Below are positions 48,465 through 57,482 of a DNA stretch of 64,000 nucleotides, in pieces. Made by a program: the position numbers and the translations under genes. Position 1 is the first letter of the stretch; each line of letters starts with the position of its first letter. Under the pieces are notes generated by a model. That model saw only the letters and a list, made by a program, of their open reading frames with translations, was not told the origin of the DNA and did not search any database. Source of the stretch: Myxococcota bacterium (GTDB taxonomy: Bacteria > Myxococcota_A > UBA9160 > SZUA-336); NCBI GenBank assembly GCA_965247115.1, contig CBDFGR010000003.1:2464001-2528000 (forward strand), given 5' to 3'.

Positions 48465-48500
48465 CAAGTATCTAGTTCCGACACATGTCGATCCGTTGTC

Positions 48501-48525
48501 TAGATTACATCGAACTTTATCGATG
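48501..48525 (+). promoter_or_regulatory. -10 box and putative ArsR operator of arsI
   Basis: TAGATT followed by the palindrome CATCGA-ACTTTA-TCGATG; its -35 TTGACA now lies at 45950-45955. Confidence 0.7.
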
Positions 48526-48548
48526 CGTTGCAAAAAAGGAGACTCGCC

Positions 48549-48953
48549 GTGCCGCTTCCCCGTGTACAGCTTGCCCTGAACGTCCGCGATCTAGAGGAGG
48601 CGATCGCCTACTACTCGGGGCTCTTCGGGGCCCTGCCCCACAAGCAGGAGCCCGGCTACGCGAACTTCGCGATCGACGAGCCCCCGCTCAAGCTCGTCCT
48701 GTTCGAGAACCCCAACGCTCCCGAGCGTCTCAACCACCTAGGAGTGGAGGTGTTCCAGCAGGCCGAGGTGGACACCGCCACCGTGCGACTCCGTCGCGCA
48801 GGGATCGCGGGGGCGGAGGAGAAGGAGAACACCTGCTGCTACGCCACCCAGAACAAGATCTGGTCGACGGATCCGCAGGGGCTGCGCTGGGAGTGGTACC
48901 GCGTGCTCGACGACTCGGACAGCTTCTTCGCATCCCCCCAGCCGGGGGCGTGA
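48549..48953 (+). CDS. arsI: ArsI/CadI family VOC metalloenzyme (C-As lyase-like)
   Basis: RVQLALNV, YANFAIDEPPLKL, LNHLGVEV, TCCYA.Q.KIW..DP, WEWY; RBS AAGGAG. Confidence 0.9.
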   Translation: MPLPRVQLALNVRDLEEAIAYYSGLFGALPHKQEPGYANFAIDEPPLKLVLFENPNAPERLNHLGVEVFQQAEVDTATVRLRRAGIAGAEEKENTCCYATQNKIWSTDPQGLRWEWYRVLDDSDSFFASPQPGA

Positions 48954-48954
48954 C

Positions 48955-49719
48955 TCAGCTCGCCAGGGCCTCTTCCAGGAACGTACACACGGCTGCGTTG
49001 AAGGCTTCTGGCTGGTCGATGTTCGACGCGTGACCCGCGTCGTCGATCATGACGTGAGTCGAGCGAGGGATCTTCCCGGCCATGTACTTCGTGGCTGCAT
49101 GGAAGGGGCGATCCTCGGCTCCGACCAGGACCAGGCTCGGGACCTCGATGCCCGGCAAGGACTCGATCACCCGCGCGTCGAACTGTTTGAGCGTGCCCCG
49201 GGCCGCCAGCGCGAGTCCCGTCGCGGAACGATGCTGGCTGATCCTCACCTCGGCGCCGTCTCCCAGAGCCTCGAGCCCCTTCTTCTCGAGGGCGCGGGCG
49301 CGCGACTCCGCGCTGTCGTTCCAGCCCTCCCGGGCCGCGTCGTTCTTGTAGCCGGGGCCCGTGTCGAAGAGCATGAGCGCCAGAACCCGCTCCGGGTACG
49401 CAAGGTGGAAGGCGAGCGAGAGGTAGCCACCGAGAGAGAGTCCTCCCACCACGGCACGCTCGATCTCACAGTGATCGAGGAGCGCCGCCATGTCGGCGAC
49501 AGCCTCGGTCTCCGCGTAGGCCGCAACGTCCGCCGGACTGTCGCTCTGACCGTGGCCCCGAATATCCCAGCTGACGACGCGGTAGTCGTCCGCAAGGGCC
49601 TCGACCTGGCCGCGCCACATACGAGAGGTGGCGGAGTAGCCGTGACTCAACAGCAGCGCCGGACCGTGGCCGTGGTCTTCGTAGTAGATGCGGACCCCGT
49701 TGCGCTCGATCTCAGCCAT
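48955..49719 (-). CDS. Alpha/beta hydrolase
   Basis: HGY, DIRGHG, GLSLGG, GHASN. Confidence 0.9.
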   Translation of the reverse strand: MAEIERNGVRIYYEDHGHGPALLLSHGYSATSRMWRGQVEALADDYRVVSWDIRGHGQSDSPADVAAYAETEAVADMAALLDHCEIERAVVGGLSLGGYLSLAFHLAYPERVLALMLFDTGPGYKNDAAREGWNDSAESRARALEKKGLEALGDGAEVRISQHRSATGLALAARGTLKQFDARVIESLPGIEVPSLVLVGAEDRPFHAATKYMAGKIPRSTHVMIDDAGHASNIDQPEAFNAAVCTFLEEALAS

Positions 49720-50464
49720 GCTGCGTCTCCATCTTCCGCTCGCTGAACAGATTCCCCGCTCTCCACTTCTCTACGAACTCACCCATGCTCGTGAAGCTCA
49801 CGTCGCGCTCGCGCATGTGTCGGATCAGCTTCTCGAGCATGAGCAGCCGGTGGCCCCGGCCGATTACCTGCGGATGCATTGTCAGCGTGTACACGCCCGC
49901 CCCGAGCTTGTGCCACGAGAACGGCACCTCCACCAGGTCGACCTCGTGCCCGAACACGTAGGGGGCGTCCACCGGGGCCTGGTGGCCGACGCGGCAGTAG
50001 TAGGGCGAAAAATCGTCCGCCATCATGCTGCTGTCGTAGGAGAAGCCGTACTCGACGAGCAGCCCGAGCGTGTTCTCGCTGAAGCTCCCTGACGGACAGC
50101 GGTAGCCCTGCGGCGAGACCCCGGTGAGCCCCTCGATCAGGGCGATCCCCCGCTCCAGGATGCTTCGCTCGTCTGCCAGCTCGAGCGGCCTGGGATCCTC
50201 GTGGCAGTAGCCGTGGTGCCCGACCTCGTGTCCCTCCGCGACGATTCGCTCGGCCGCGGCGGGGAACGCCTCGATCGTGTGCCCTGGCACGAACCACGTG
50301 GAGCGGATCCCGTACTCCTTCAGCAGATCGAGAAAGCGCAGCGCGCCGACGCGACCGAACTCGCCCCGCGAGAGCGCGTTCGGGGACATCGTCCGGAAGC
50401 CTGCGATCCACGATGACATGGCATCGAAGTCGAAACTCAGGCAGACATGAACGCCGTCGACCAC
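49712..50464 (-). CDS. Polysaccharide deacetylase (CE4, PuuE/HpPgdA-like), possibly with an internal deletion
   Basis: SFDFD, HEVGHHGYCH, GYRCP, YDSS, MHPQVIGRG. Confidence 0.85.
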   Translation of the reverse strand: MVDGVHVCLSFDFDAMSSWIAGFRTMSPNALSRGEFGRVGALRFLDLLKEYGIRSTWFVPGHTIEAFPAAAERIVAEGHEVGHHGYCHEDPRPLELADERSILERGIALIEGLTGVSPQGYRCPSGSFSENTLGLLVEYGFSYDSSMMADDFSPYYCRVGHQAPVDAPYVFGHEVDLVEVPFSWHKLGAGVYTLTMHPQVIGRGHRLLMLEKLIRHMRERDVSFTSMGEFVEKWRAGNLFSERKMETQHG

Positions 50465-50482
50465 TCGTCCTCCTGCCGGAGA

Positions 50483-51280
50483 TTATAAAGGAGGCAGGCC
50501 CTCGTCTTCGCGGAACTCGAGGAAGTGAGCGTCGATCCTGTGCACCAGCGTGAACTCCGGGGGCGCGATCTCCTCGAGCAGCGCCGCGTGCTCGAGATCG
50601 AAGGCCCGCACCTGCTCGTCGGAAAGCGAGGCACCGATGCCGCGCAACGCGCGCATCCGCCCCCGCCACGAAAGACGGCTGAAGGGAATCGCCTCGTCAT
50701 AGGCAAAGAACGCGCGCACGTTGAACGCGTCTCGCGACCAGCGCGGATGCGCCGGAACGCGACCATCCCAGTCGACACCGCTCCAGTCCGGGTTGTACTC
50801 GAGCACGAGCCGCTCCGAGGCCTGCGCGATCGCGCTTCGGCGGGGCAGGTAGCTGAAGTGAGAGGTGACCAGGCGGCCCCCTGGTGCCAGTACCCGCCGC
50901 ACCTCTGGAATCGCTCTGGCCAGGTCGAAGTAGAGCCAGCACTGATTCGCGCAGACGACGTCGAAGCTCGCCTTCGCGAACGGGAGCTCCTCGGCGGGCG
51001 CACGGCACAGGCCGATCTCCAGATCCTGTTCACGGGCAAGCGATCGCGCCGCCGCGAGCTGACGTGCGGAGACGTCGACTCCCGCTACCCGGGACTTCCC
51101 GAAGGCGAACGTCCGCGCGAGTTCGCCCGTCCCGGTACCGAGATCCAGGATGCGCTGGCCTGGCCGACCGACACCAAGTGCGAGCAGCCTGGCGTAGAAG
51201 CTTGGCGGAGGTCCCGGTCGATGGCTCGCGTAGTCCTCGGAGGTCTTCCCCCAGTCGATGGATCTACCGCGGTCGATCAC
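50483..51280 (-). CDS. Class I SAM-dependent methyltransferase
   Basis: LDLGTGTG, AEELPF..SFD, VLAPGG. Confidence 0.9.
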   Translation of the reverse strand: MIDRGRSIDWGKTSEDYASHRPGPPPSFYARLLALGVGRPGQRILDLGTGTGELARTFAFGKSRVAGVDVSARQLAAARSLAREQDLEIGLCRAPAEELPFAKASFDVVCANQCWLYFDLARAIPEVRRVLAPGGRLVTSHFSYLPRRSAIAQASERLVLEYNPDWSGVDWDGRVPAHPRWSRDAFNVRAFFAYDEAIPFSRLSWRGRMRALRGIGASLSDEQVRAFDLEHAALLEEIAPPEFTLVHRIDAHFLEFREDEGLPPL

Positions 51281-51283
51281 GGA

Positions 51284-52129
51284 CTATGGAGCGAGACGGT
51301 AGGCGTCTCCATCGCGGACGATGCGACCGGCCGTCGGCGCAACGAAGTGGGTTCCGATCACGAGGACCGGCTGATCCGCGTAGCGGCGCAGGAAGTCACC
51401 GCGCGTTTCCCGGCTCTGATCCTGGTCGTAGTCGACGGCGCTCGACCAGTCCGGCTTCGCGATCTGACAGGGGTGGTGGATCATGTCGCCGGTGATCACG
51501 GCGTCCTCGCCGGCCGAGCGGATCCGCACGCTCACGTGGCCCGGAGTGTGGCCGGGAGTCGGCTCAAGCCAGACCTCGTCTGTCAGCTTGTGATCCATCT
51601 CGACCAGATCCGCGAGCCCCGCGTCGACGATGGGCAGCACGGAGTCGCTGACAACGAGGCCGAAGTCCTCGGGCGCGTCCTTCCAGTACTCCCACTCCTT
51701 GCGGGCGAACAGGTAGCGCGCGTTCGGGAACGTGGGCACCCACTTCTCGTCCACCTTCATCGTGTTCCAGCCCACGTGGTCCACGTGGAGGTGGGTGCAG
51801 AGCACGAAGTCCACCGCCTCGCGCGGAGCTCCCGCCTCGTCCAGGTCGCGCAGGAACGGTCCCGAGAGCATGTTGAATGCTCGGTACGGCCGCTCCTTGT
51901 CGTTTCCAAGGCAAGTGTCGACTACGATGCGTCGGCCTCCTGACTCGACCAGGAGCGCATTGATCGAGAAGAGCAGCCGCCCCTCGGCGTCAAGGAAGTG
52001 CGGCGAGAGCCAGGGGATCGCCCTGACGAGCTCCGGCGTCGCCTGCGGCAGAACCATGCTGCCGATCGAAGCGGTCTCGAGCTCGACCACCTGCGTGATC
52101 GTGACGTCTCCTACGTTCCAGCGCAGCAT
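51284..52129 (-). CDS. MBL-fold metallo-hydrolase
   Basis: THLHVDHVGWN, PGHTPGH, GDMIH, GTHF; RBS GGAGG. Confidence 0.92.
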   Translation of the reverse strand: MLRWNVGDVTITQVVELETASIGSMVLPQATPELVRAIPWLSPHFLDAEGRLLFSINALLVESGGRRIVVDTCLGNDKERPYRAFNMLSGPFLRDLDEAGAPREAVDFVLCTHLHVDHVGWNTMKVDEKWVPTFPNARYLFARKEWEYWKDAPEDFGLVVSDSVLPIVDAGLADLVEMDHKLTDEVWLEPTPGHTPGHVSVRIRSAGEDAVITGDMIHHPCQIAKPDWSSAVDYDQDQSRETRGDFLRRYADQPVLVIGTHFVAPTAGRIVRDGDAYRLAP

Positions 52130-52170
52130 GAATCCTCCCTTTCGATGAGCGACGGAAGTCGCCCGAGTAT

Positions 52171-52250
52171 ACTCCGCCGGACCGGGTCCGCAGTCGTCGG
52201 ACAGGGTCCGCAGTCGCCCGACGGAATCCGCAGTCGCCGGACGGAATCGC
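52171..52250. repeat. Four imperfect 20-bp tandem repeats in a divergent intergenic region
   Basis: actccgccggaccgggtccg / cagtcgtcggacagggtccg / cagtcgcccgacggaatccg / cagtcgccggacggaatcgc. Confidence 0.8.
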
Positions 52251-52306
52251 GTGGGGGTTCGCGAGTCGCGTAGACTACCGCCGGGAACAACACGCGAGGG
52301 TACGCG

Positions 52307-54760
52307 GTGGAGCGAGAAGGTCCTCTGCATGGGACGCGGGTCATCGATGCTGCGACGGCCCGAGCTGAGCTGACGGGGCGGATCCTGGCCGACCTGGGTG
52401 CCGAGGTCATCAAGGTCGAGCCGCCCGGCGGAGCAGCGGCGAGAAATCTGCCGCCGTTCGAGCGAGGCCGCGAAGGAGATCCGGAGGCCTCGCTCTATTG
52501 GGCGGCGCTGGGTCTCGGCAAGCGCAGTGTGGTGCTGGACATTGAGCGAGACGCGGACCGCGAGCGCCTGAAGCAACTGCTCGCAAGCGCCGACATCTTC
52601 ATCGAATCCTTCGATCCCGGCGCGCTCGACGCGCTCGGCCTGGGCTACTCGGCGCTCGGTGAGCTGAATCCCGCTCTGGTGCACGTCTCCGTCACGCCGT
52701 TCGGCCAGGACGGTCCGCAGGCGGCGACTCCGGCGACGGAGCTCACGCTGGAGGCGGCAGGGGGGCTGATCGGCCTGCAGGGAGACCGCGATCGACCGCC
52801 GCTTCCGCTGGGACTGCCGCAGGCCGCATTCCACGCCGGCGCGCAGGCCGCCGCCGACGCGGTGGTGGCACTCCACGCCGCCAGGCAAAGCGGAGCGGGA
52901 CAGCACCTCGACGTCTCGATGCAGGCGGCGATCGTCTGGACCCTGATGAACGCCACGGGCTACCCGCCCAACACGGGCGGAAATCCGCCCAGCACGAGTG
53001 AGTTCCGCGGCGATCCGCTACCGGAGATCCTCCCGGGGCTGACCCTCCCGCACCAGCTCGACTTCGCCGACGGCACGGCCTTCGTGGGTCTGGGCCTGCC
53101 CCTCGTCGGGTGGCGCACGTTCCACTTCCTCATGCGCTTGGCGGAAGATAAGAACGCCCTTCCGGACGAGCTGCGCGGCATCGACTGGCAGAACTGGGTT
53201 GCGGACGTGATGGAGGGAAAGCTCACCAGGGAGCAGGTCGCACGTGCACTCGAGGTACTACTCGCGTTCCTGCGTGGGCAGCGGCGAGCCGAGCTCCTGG
53301 AGGCAGCCATCGATACCAAGCTCCTGCTGGCGCCGATCCTGACGATCGCGGATCTGCGCGCAGACCCTCAGCTCGCAGCGCGTGACTACTGGACACGCGT
53401 GGGCGAGCGGGATCACCCGGGTCCGTTCGCCAGACTCTCGCTCACTCCGGTCCGACTCGCGACACCCGCGCCCCGACTCGGGGAAGCACAGGCGCTGCTG
53501 GACTCGCCAGCGCCAACTCCGCGGAAGCGCGGCTCTGCGACGGTTTCTCGACAGGACGGCACATATTCCGGCCTCAAGGTGGCAGACTTCGCATGGGTCG
53601 GAGTGGGACCCATGATCAGCAAGACACTGGCGGACCACGGGGCGACTGTCGTGCACGTGGAATCGAGCTCGCGCCTGGACGTGCTCCGACAGCTGCCCCC
53701 CTTCAAGGATTCGGAACCGGGCGCTGACCGCTCCCAGTTCATGGCGAACTTCAACACGTCGAAGCTCGGCATGTCGCTCGATCTCTCGACGGACGGCGGC
53801 CGGCAGCTGGCGCGCCGGCTGGTCGACTGGGCGGACGTGGTCGTAGAGAGCTTCACGCCGGGCAACATGAAGAAGTTCGGACTCGACTACCAGACCCTGT
53901 CACGCGAGCGCAGCGATCTCGTGATGGTCAGTACGTGCCTGCGCGGACAAACGGGACCGCAGGCAACCTATGCCGGGTTCGGCAACCAGGGTGCCGCCAT
54001 GGCGGGCTTCGTGGGGATCACGGGTTGGCCGGACCGAGCACCGTGCGGGCCGTGGGGCGCGTACACGGACTTCATAGCGCCGCGCTTTGGCAATGCCGCC
54101 CTCGCCTCCGCCCTGCTCCACAGAGCTGACACCGGAGAGGGTCAGCACATCGACCTGTCTCAGATCGAGGCGGCCATCCACTTCCTTGAGCCGCTGGCGC
54201 TGGACTACACGGTGAATGGCCGGATCGCGGGGCCGATCGGGTACGGCTCGAGCACGGCCTGCCCGCACGGAATCTACGCGGCTGCGGGCGTCGAGCGCTA
54301 CGTCGCAATCGCCGTCGAGACACCCGGGCAATGGGACGCTCTCCGCTCCGTCGCGGACCTCCGCGGTCTGCCGGATGAGGGGCTCAGCACGCTCGACGGT
54401 CGCATCGCAAAGAGAGACGCCATCGACGCAGCGCTCGCCGAGTGGTGTCGAGAGCGCGAGCCCTTCGCTCTTGCTCGCAGCCTGCAGTTCGCCGGCGTTC
54501 CTGCCTACGTCGTGATGCGCCCCACAGACCTCTACGAGGACGCCCAGCTCGCCCATCGCGGGTTCTTCGTAACTCTTGATCACAGCTCGATGGGTCCGAC
54601 GCCGTACGATGGGCCGGTGACCCACTTCTCTGGCACGCCCGCCCGGCTACGCCGGCCAGCCCCGTGCCTCGGCGAGCACACCGAGTATGTGCTGCGCGAT
54701 GTGCTCGGCGTCACGGAAGACGAGATGAGCGAGTACGCGATTCAGGGCGCCTTGACCTAG
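52307..54760 (+). CDS. Two-domain CaiB/BaiF (family III) CoA-transferase
   Basis: Two CaiB repeats (LADLGAEVIKVEPP and LADHGATVVHVE), each ending APxLGE. Confidence 0.92.
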   Translation: MEREGPLHGTRVIDAATARAELTGRILADLGAEVIKVEPPGGAAARNLPPFERGREGDPEASLYWAALGLGKRSVVLDIERDADRERLKQLLASADIFIESFDPGALDALGLGYSALGELNPALVHVSVTPFGQDGPQAATPATELTLEAAGGLIGLQGDRDRPPLPLGLPQAAFHAGAQAAADAVVALHAARQSGAGQHLDVSMQAAIVWTLMNATGYPPNTGGNPPSTSEFRGDPLPEILPGLTLPHQLDFADGTAFVGLGLPLVGWRTFHFLMRLAEDKNALPDELRGIDWQNWVADVMEGKLTREQVARALEVLLAFLRGQRRAELLEAAIDTKLLLAPILTIADLRADPQLAARDYWTRVGERDHPGPFARLSLTPVRLATPAPRLGEAQALLDSPAPTPRKRGSATVSRQDGTYSGLKVADFAWVGVGPMISKTLADHGATVVHVESSSRLDVLRQLPPFKDSEPGADRSQFMANFNTSKLGMSLDLSTDGGRQLARRLVDWADVVVESFTPGNMKKFGLDYQTLSRERSDLVMVSTCLRGQTGPQATYAGFGNQGAAMAGFVGITGWPDRAPCGPWGAYTDFIAPRFGNAALASALLHRADTGEGQHIDLSQIEAAIHFLEPLALDYTVNGRIAGPIGYGSSTACPHGIYAAAGVERYVAIAVETPGQWDALRSVADLRGLPDEGLSTLDGRIAKRDAIDAALAEWCREREPFALARSLQFAGVPAYVVMRPTDLYEDAQLAHRGFFVTLDHSSMGPTPYDGPVTHFSGTPARLRRPAPCLGEHTEYVLRDVLGVTEDEMSEYAIQGALT

Positions 54761-54770
54761 GACTCGCGCA

Positions 54771-55958
54771 TCAGCGCACCTTGTCCTGGGGGACGTCGAA
54801 CTTGAACACCCGCGCGGCGTTCAGGCCAAGGATCTTGGCGCGCTCCTCGTCGGTCAGGTGACTCATGGTGCGCTCGATAGCGGCAGCCGAGTGCGGCCAC
54901 GTGCCCTCGTGGTGCGGGTAGTCGTTCGCCCACATGAAGTTGTCCACGAGCTCGTGCTCCCTCGCCAGGTTGAGCCCCGGAGGGTCCTCTCCGAACGTCG
55001 CAAAGCCGTTCCGCTTGAAGTACTCGCTCGGCAGCAGCTCGAGCCTGGGCCGAACGAACATGTGGTGCTTCACGTAGGCCTCGTCCATCGCGCAGAGCGC
55101 CCAGGCCACCCAGCCGATACCGGCCTCTACCGAGCCGAAGCGGAGCTTTGGATAGCGCTCCACAACACCCGAGGCGCACAGGTTCGCGATCGGCTCCATC
55201 GTGGGCGCGAGCGAGTGGACCGCGTAGTTGATCACGGCGCCCCCATTTCCTCGCGACGTGCGCGGATCACGACCCGTCGATACATGGAATGTGATCGGAA
55301 GGTCCACGTCCTGGATGGCAGCCCACAGCGGATCAAACTCCGGCAGGTTGTAGTTCGAATGCTCCCAGTCCGGGGGACCAAAGACCGGCTTGCAGGGCAG
55401 CGTCAGCCCTCGGAAGCCCAGCTTGGCGACCCGCTGGATCTCCTCGATTGCAGGCTCGACGTCGCCCGAAGCGATCGCCGCCATGGGCGAGAGGCAGTCG
55501 TTGTACGGACCGTAGGTCTCCCAGGCCCAGTCGTTCCACACCCGACACATGGCGAGCGAGAACGCAGCGTCCTGCGTCGCCCACATCATGAGGCCCTTGT
55601 TCGGGAACATGATCTCCGCGTCGATCCCGTCACGGGCGTGGTCGCGCAGACGTTCCTCCGGGGTTCTGCCCGTACGGTTCCGCTCGAGGTCCTCGCCTTC
55701 GAATTTCACGTTGCGTATCCGCACCGGGCGAAAGCCTTCGGTCTTCTGGAACTGCTTGCCTTCCGCGCCCGGTACGATGCCCGGCAGGCGCTCCTGGTAC
55801 TTCGGATCCATACGTTCGCGCCACAGATCGGCTGGCTCATTCGCGTGGCAGTCTGCCGAGACCATGAAGTACTTGTGCGGATCGTCAGCCTGTGCCGTGC
55901 GCTCCCACCCGGCTCTACCTGGGGTTTCTGTTCTCCAAGCGTTCGGATCCGTACTCAT
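54771..55958 (-). CDS. Amidohydrolase_2 family protein
   Basis: SADCH, FH, EAGIGW, NDYPHHE. Confidence 0.9.
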   Translation of the reverse strand: MSTDPNAWRTETPGRAGWERTAQADDPHKYFMVSADCHANEPADLWRERMDPKYQERLPGIVPGAEGKQFQKTEGFRPVRIRNVKFEGEDLERNRTGRTPEERLRDHARDGIDAEIMFPNKGLMMWATQDAAFSLAMCRVWNDWAWETYGPYNDCLSPMAAIASGDVEPAIEEIQRVAKLGFRGLTLPCKPVFGPPDWEHSNYNLPEFDPLWAAIQDVDLPITFHVSTGRDPRTSRGNGGAVINYAVHSLAPTMEPIANLCASGVVERYPKLRFGSVEAGIGWVAWALCAMDEAYVKHHMFVRPRLELLPSEYFKRNGFATFGEDPPGLNLAREHELVDNFMWANDYPHHEGTWPHSAAAIERTMSHLTDEERAKILGLNAARVFKFDVPQDKVR

Positions 55959-56047
55959 CGTGTCCTCTCATAGACGCTGACGCGTGATGTCTGACTCGCG
56001 GTAGGTGGTATTCTAGCGCGATTCGATCGCCACGCTGGGACCCGCCG

Positions 56048-57421
56048 ATGGCCACGGAGCTCTACCTCTCGTCCGCAACGTCCCTTGCAAAATCGATCGC
56101 CGCTCGCTCCCTGTCTTCGGAGGAGGTGGTCCGCGCCTTCCTGGAGCGTATCGAGGCGGTCAACACTGAGCTCAACGCCGTGGTGCAGCTCGCGAGCGAG
56201 CGGGCCCTCGCGGAAGCGCGGGCCGCGGATGCAGCGCTCGCCCGGGGACAGAGCCTTGGCCCACTCCACGGTGTGCCGATGACCATCAAGGATTCCCTCG
56301 ACACTGAAGGCGTCATCTCGACGGGTGGAACCAAAGGGCGCGCCGCCTACGTCGCGGTGCGAGACGCCAGCGTCGTTGCCCGGCTGCGAGCGGCCGGCGC
56401 CATTCTGCTTGGCAAGACGAACACGCCTGAGCTCACCCTCTCGTTTGAGACGAACAACGCGATCTACGGCCGGACGAGCAACCCCTACGACCTGGCGCGG
56501 ACCTCCGGCGGCAGTAGCGGAGGGGCCGCCGCCATCGTCGCGGCGGGGGGCTCCCCGTTCGACATCGGCAGCGACTTCGGGGGGAGCATCCGCCTCCCCG
56601 CACACTGCTGCGGTATCGCAGGGATCAAGCCGAGCTCGGGACGCGTCCCCCGAACGGGCCACATCTACCCGTTTGGCGGAATCCTGGACTCGTTCCAGCA
56701 GATCGGCCCGCTGGCCCGCAGCGTCGAAGATCTCGCGTTGCTGCTGCCGCTCATCTCCGGACCGGACTGGATCGACCCGATGATCGTGCCGATGCCACTC
56801 GGCGACCCGAACGAGGTCGCGCTCCCGGAGCTCCGCGTCGCGTTCCACACCGACAACGGGGTCGCGACGCCCACGCAGGAGATCGTCGAGGCGATCCGGA
56901 GCGCCGGCCGGGCAGTCGGGGAAACGGGCGCTCACGTGGAGGAGGTCCGACCTCCGGGGATCGACGAGAGCTACGAGATCGCCTCGAACCTCTTCTCGGC
57001 CGACGGGGGCGCGGCCAGCCGGCGACTGCTCGCGGCGGCCGGGACCGAGGATTCGAGCCTGGGCGATCGGGGCGAAGCGCTCTCCCCGGTCGAACGCGAT
57101 GCCCTGCACAACCGCTGGGATCGCTTCCGCAGCAGCATGCTCTCGTTCCTCGCGGACTGGGACGTGCTTCTGTCGCCCGTCAACGCCAACCCGGCGCTTC
57201 CGCACGGCGAGTCAATGGCGGAAGGGTTGGCCGGCTTCAGCTACACCATGACCTACAACCTGCTGGGCTGGCCCGGCACCGTCGTGCGCGGGGGTACCTC
57301 CCCGGATGGACTCCCGATCGGTGTTCAGATCGTGAGCCGTCCCTGGCGCGAGGACGTGGGCTTAGCCGTCGCGAGTCACCTGGAGCAAGCACTCGGCGGC
57401 TTTCGTCCTCCCCCACTGTAA
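56048..57421 (+). CDS. Amidase signature family enzyme
   Basis: IKD, GKTNTPE, GGSSGG, GSDFGGSIRLP. Confidence 0.95.
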   Translation: MATELYLSSATSLAKSIAARSLSSEEVVRAFLERIEAVNTELNAVVQLASERALAEARAADAALARGQSLGPLHGVPMTIKDSLDTEGVISTGGTKGRAAYVAVRDASVVARLRAAGAILLGKTNTPELTLSFETNNAIYGRTSNPYDLARTSGGSSGGAAAIVAAGGSPFDIGSDFGGSIRLPAHCCGIAGIKPSSGRVPRTGHIYPFGGILDSFQQIGPLARSVEDLALLLPLISGPDWIDPMIVPMPLGDPNEVALPELRVAFHTDNGVATPTQEIVEAIRSAGRAVGETGAHVEEVRPPGIDESYEIASNLFSADGGAASRRLLAAAGTEDSSLGDRGEALSPVERDALHNRWDRFRSSMLSFLADWDVLLSPVNANPALPHGESMAEGLAGFSYTMTYNLLGWPGTVVRGGTSPDGLPIGVQIVSRPWREDVGLAVASHLEQALGGFRPPPL

Positions 57422-57482
57422 GCCCAGCCTTCGATCAAGGCGCCGCCTGCCCGCCGTAGGGCTGATACACTCCGTCCGACGT

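Larger units (their letters stand above)
45961..48480 (-). mobile_element. IS1595-family cargo-carrying transposon (2520 bp)
   Basis: 24-bp IRs CGAAACTAGGTACTTGTTGCAAAT / CGGAACTAGATACTTGTTGCAAAT (22/24); 8-bp TSD ACACATGT at 45953-45960 and 48481-48488. Confidence 0.93.

Noticed and set aside
52171..52250. CRISPR array
   Set aside because: Repeats are contiguous with no spacers and no cas genes are present
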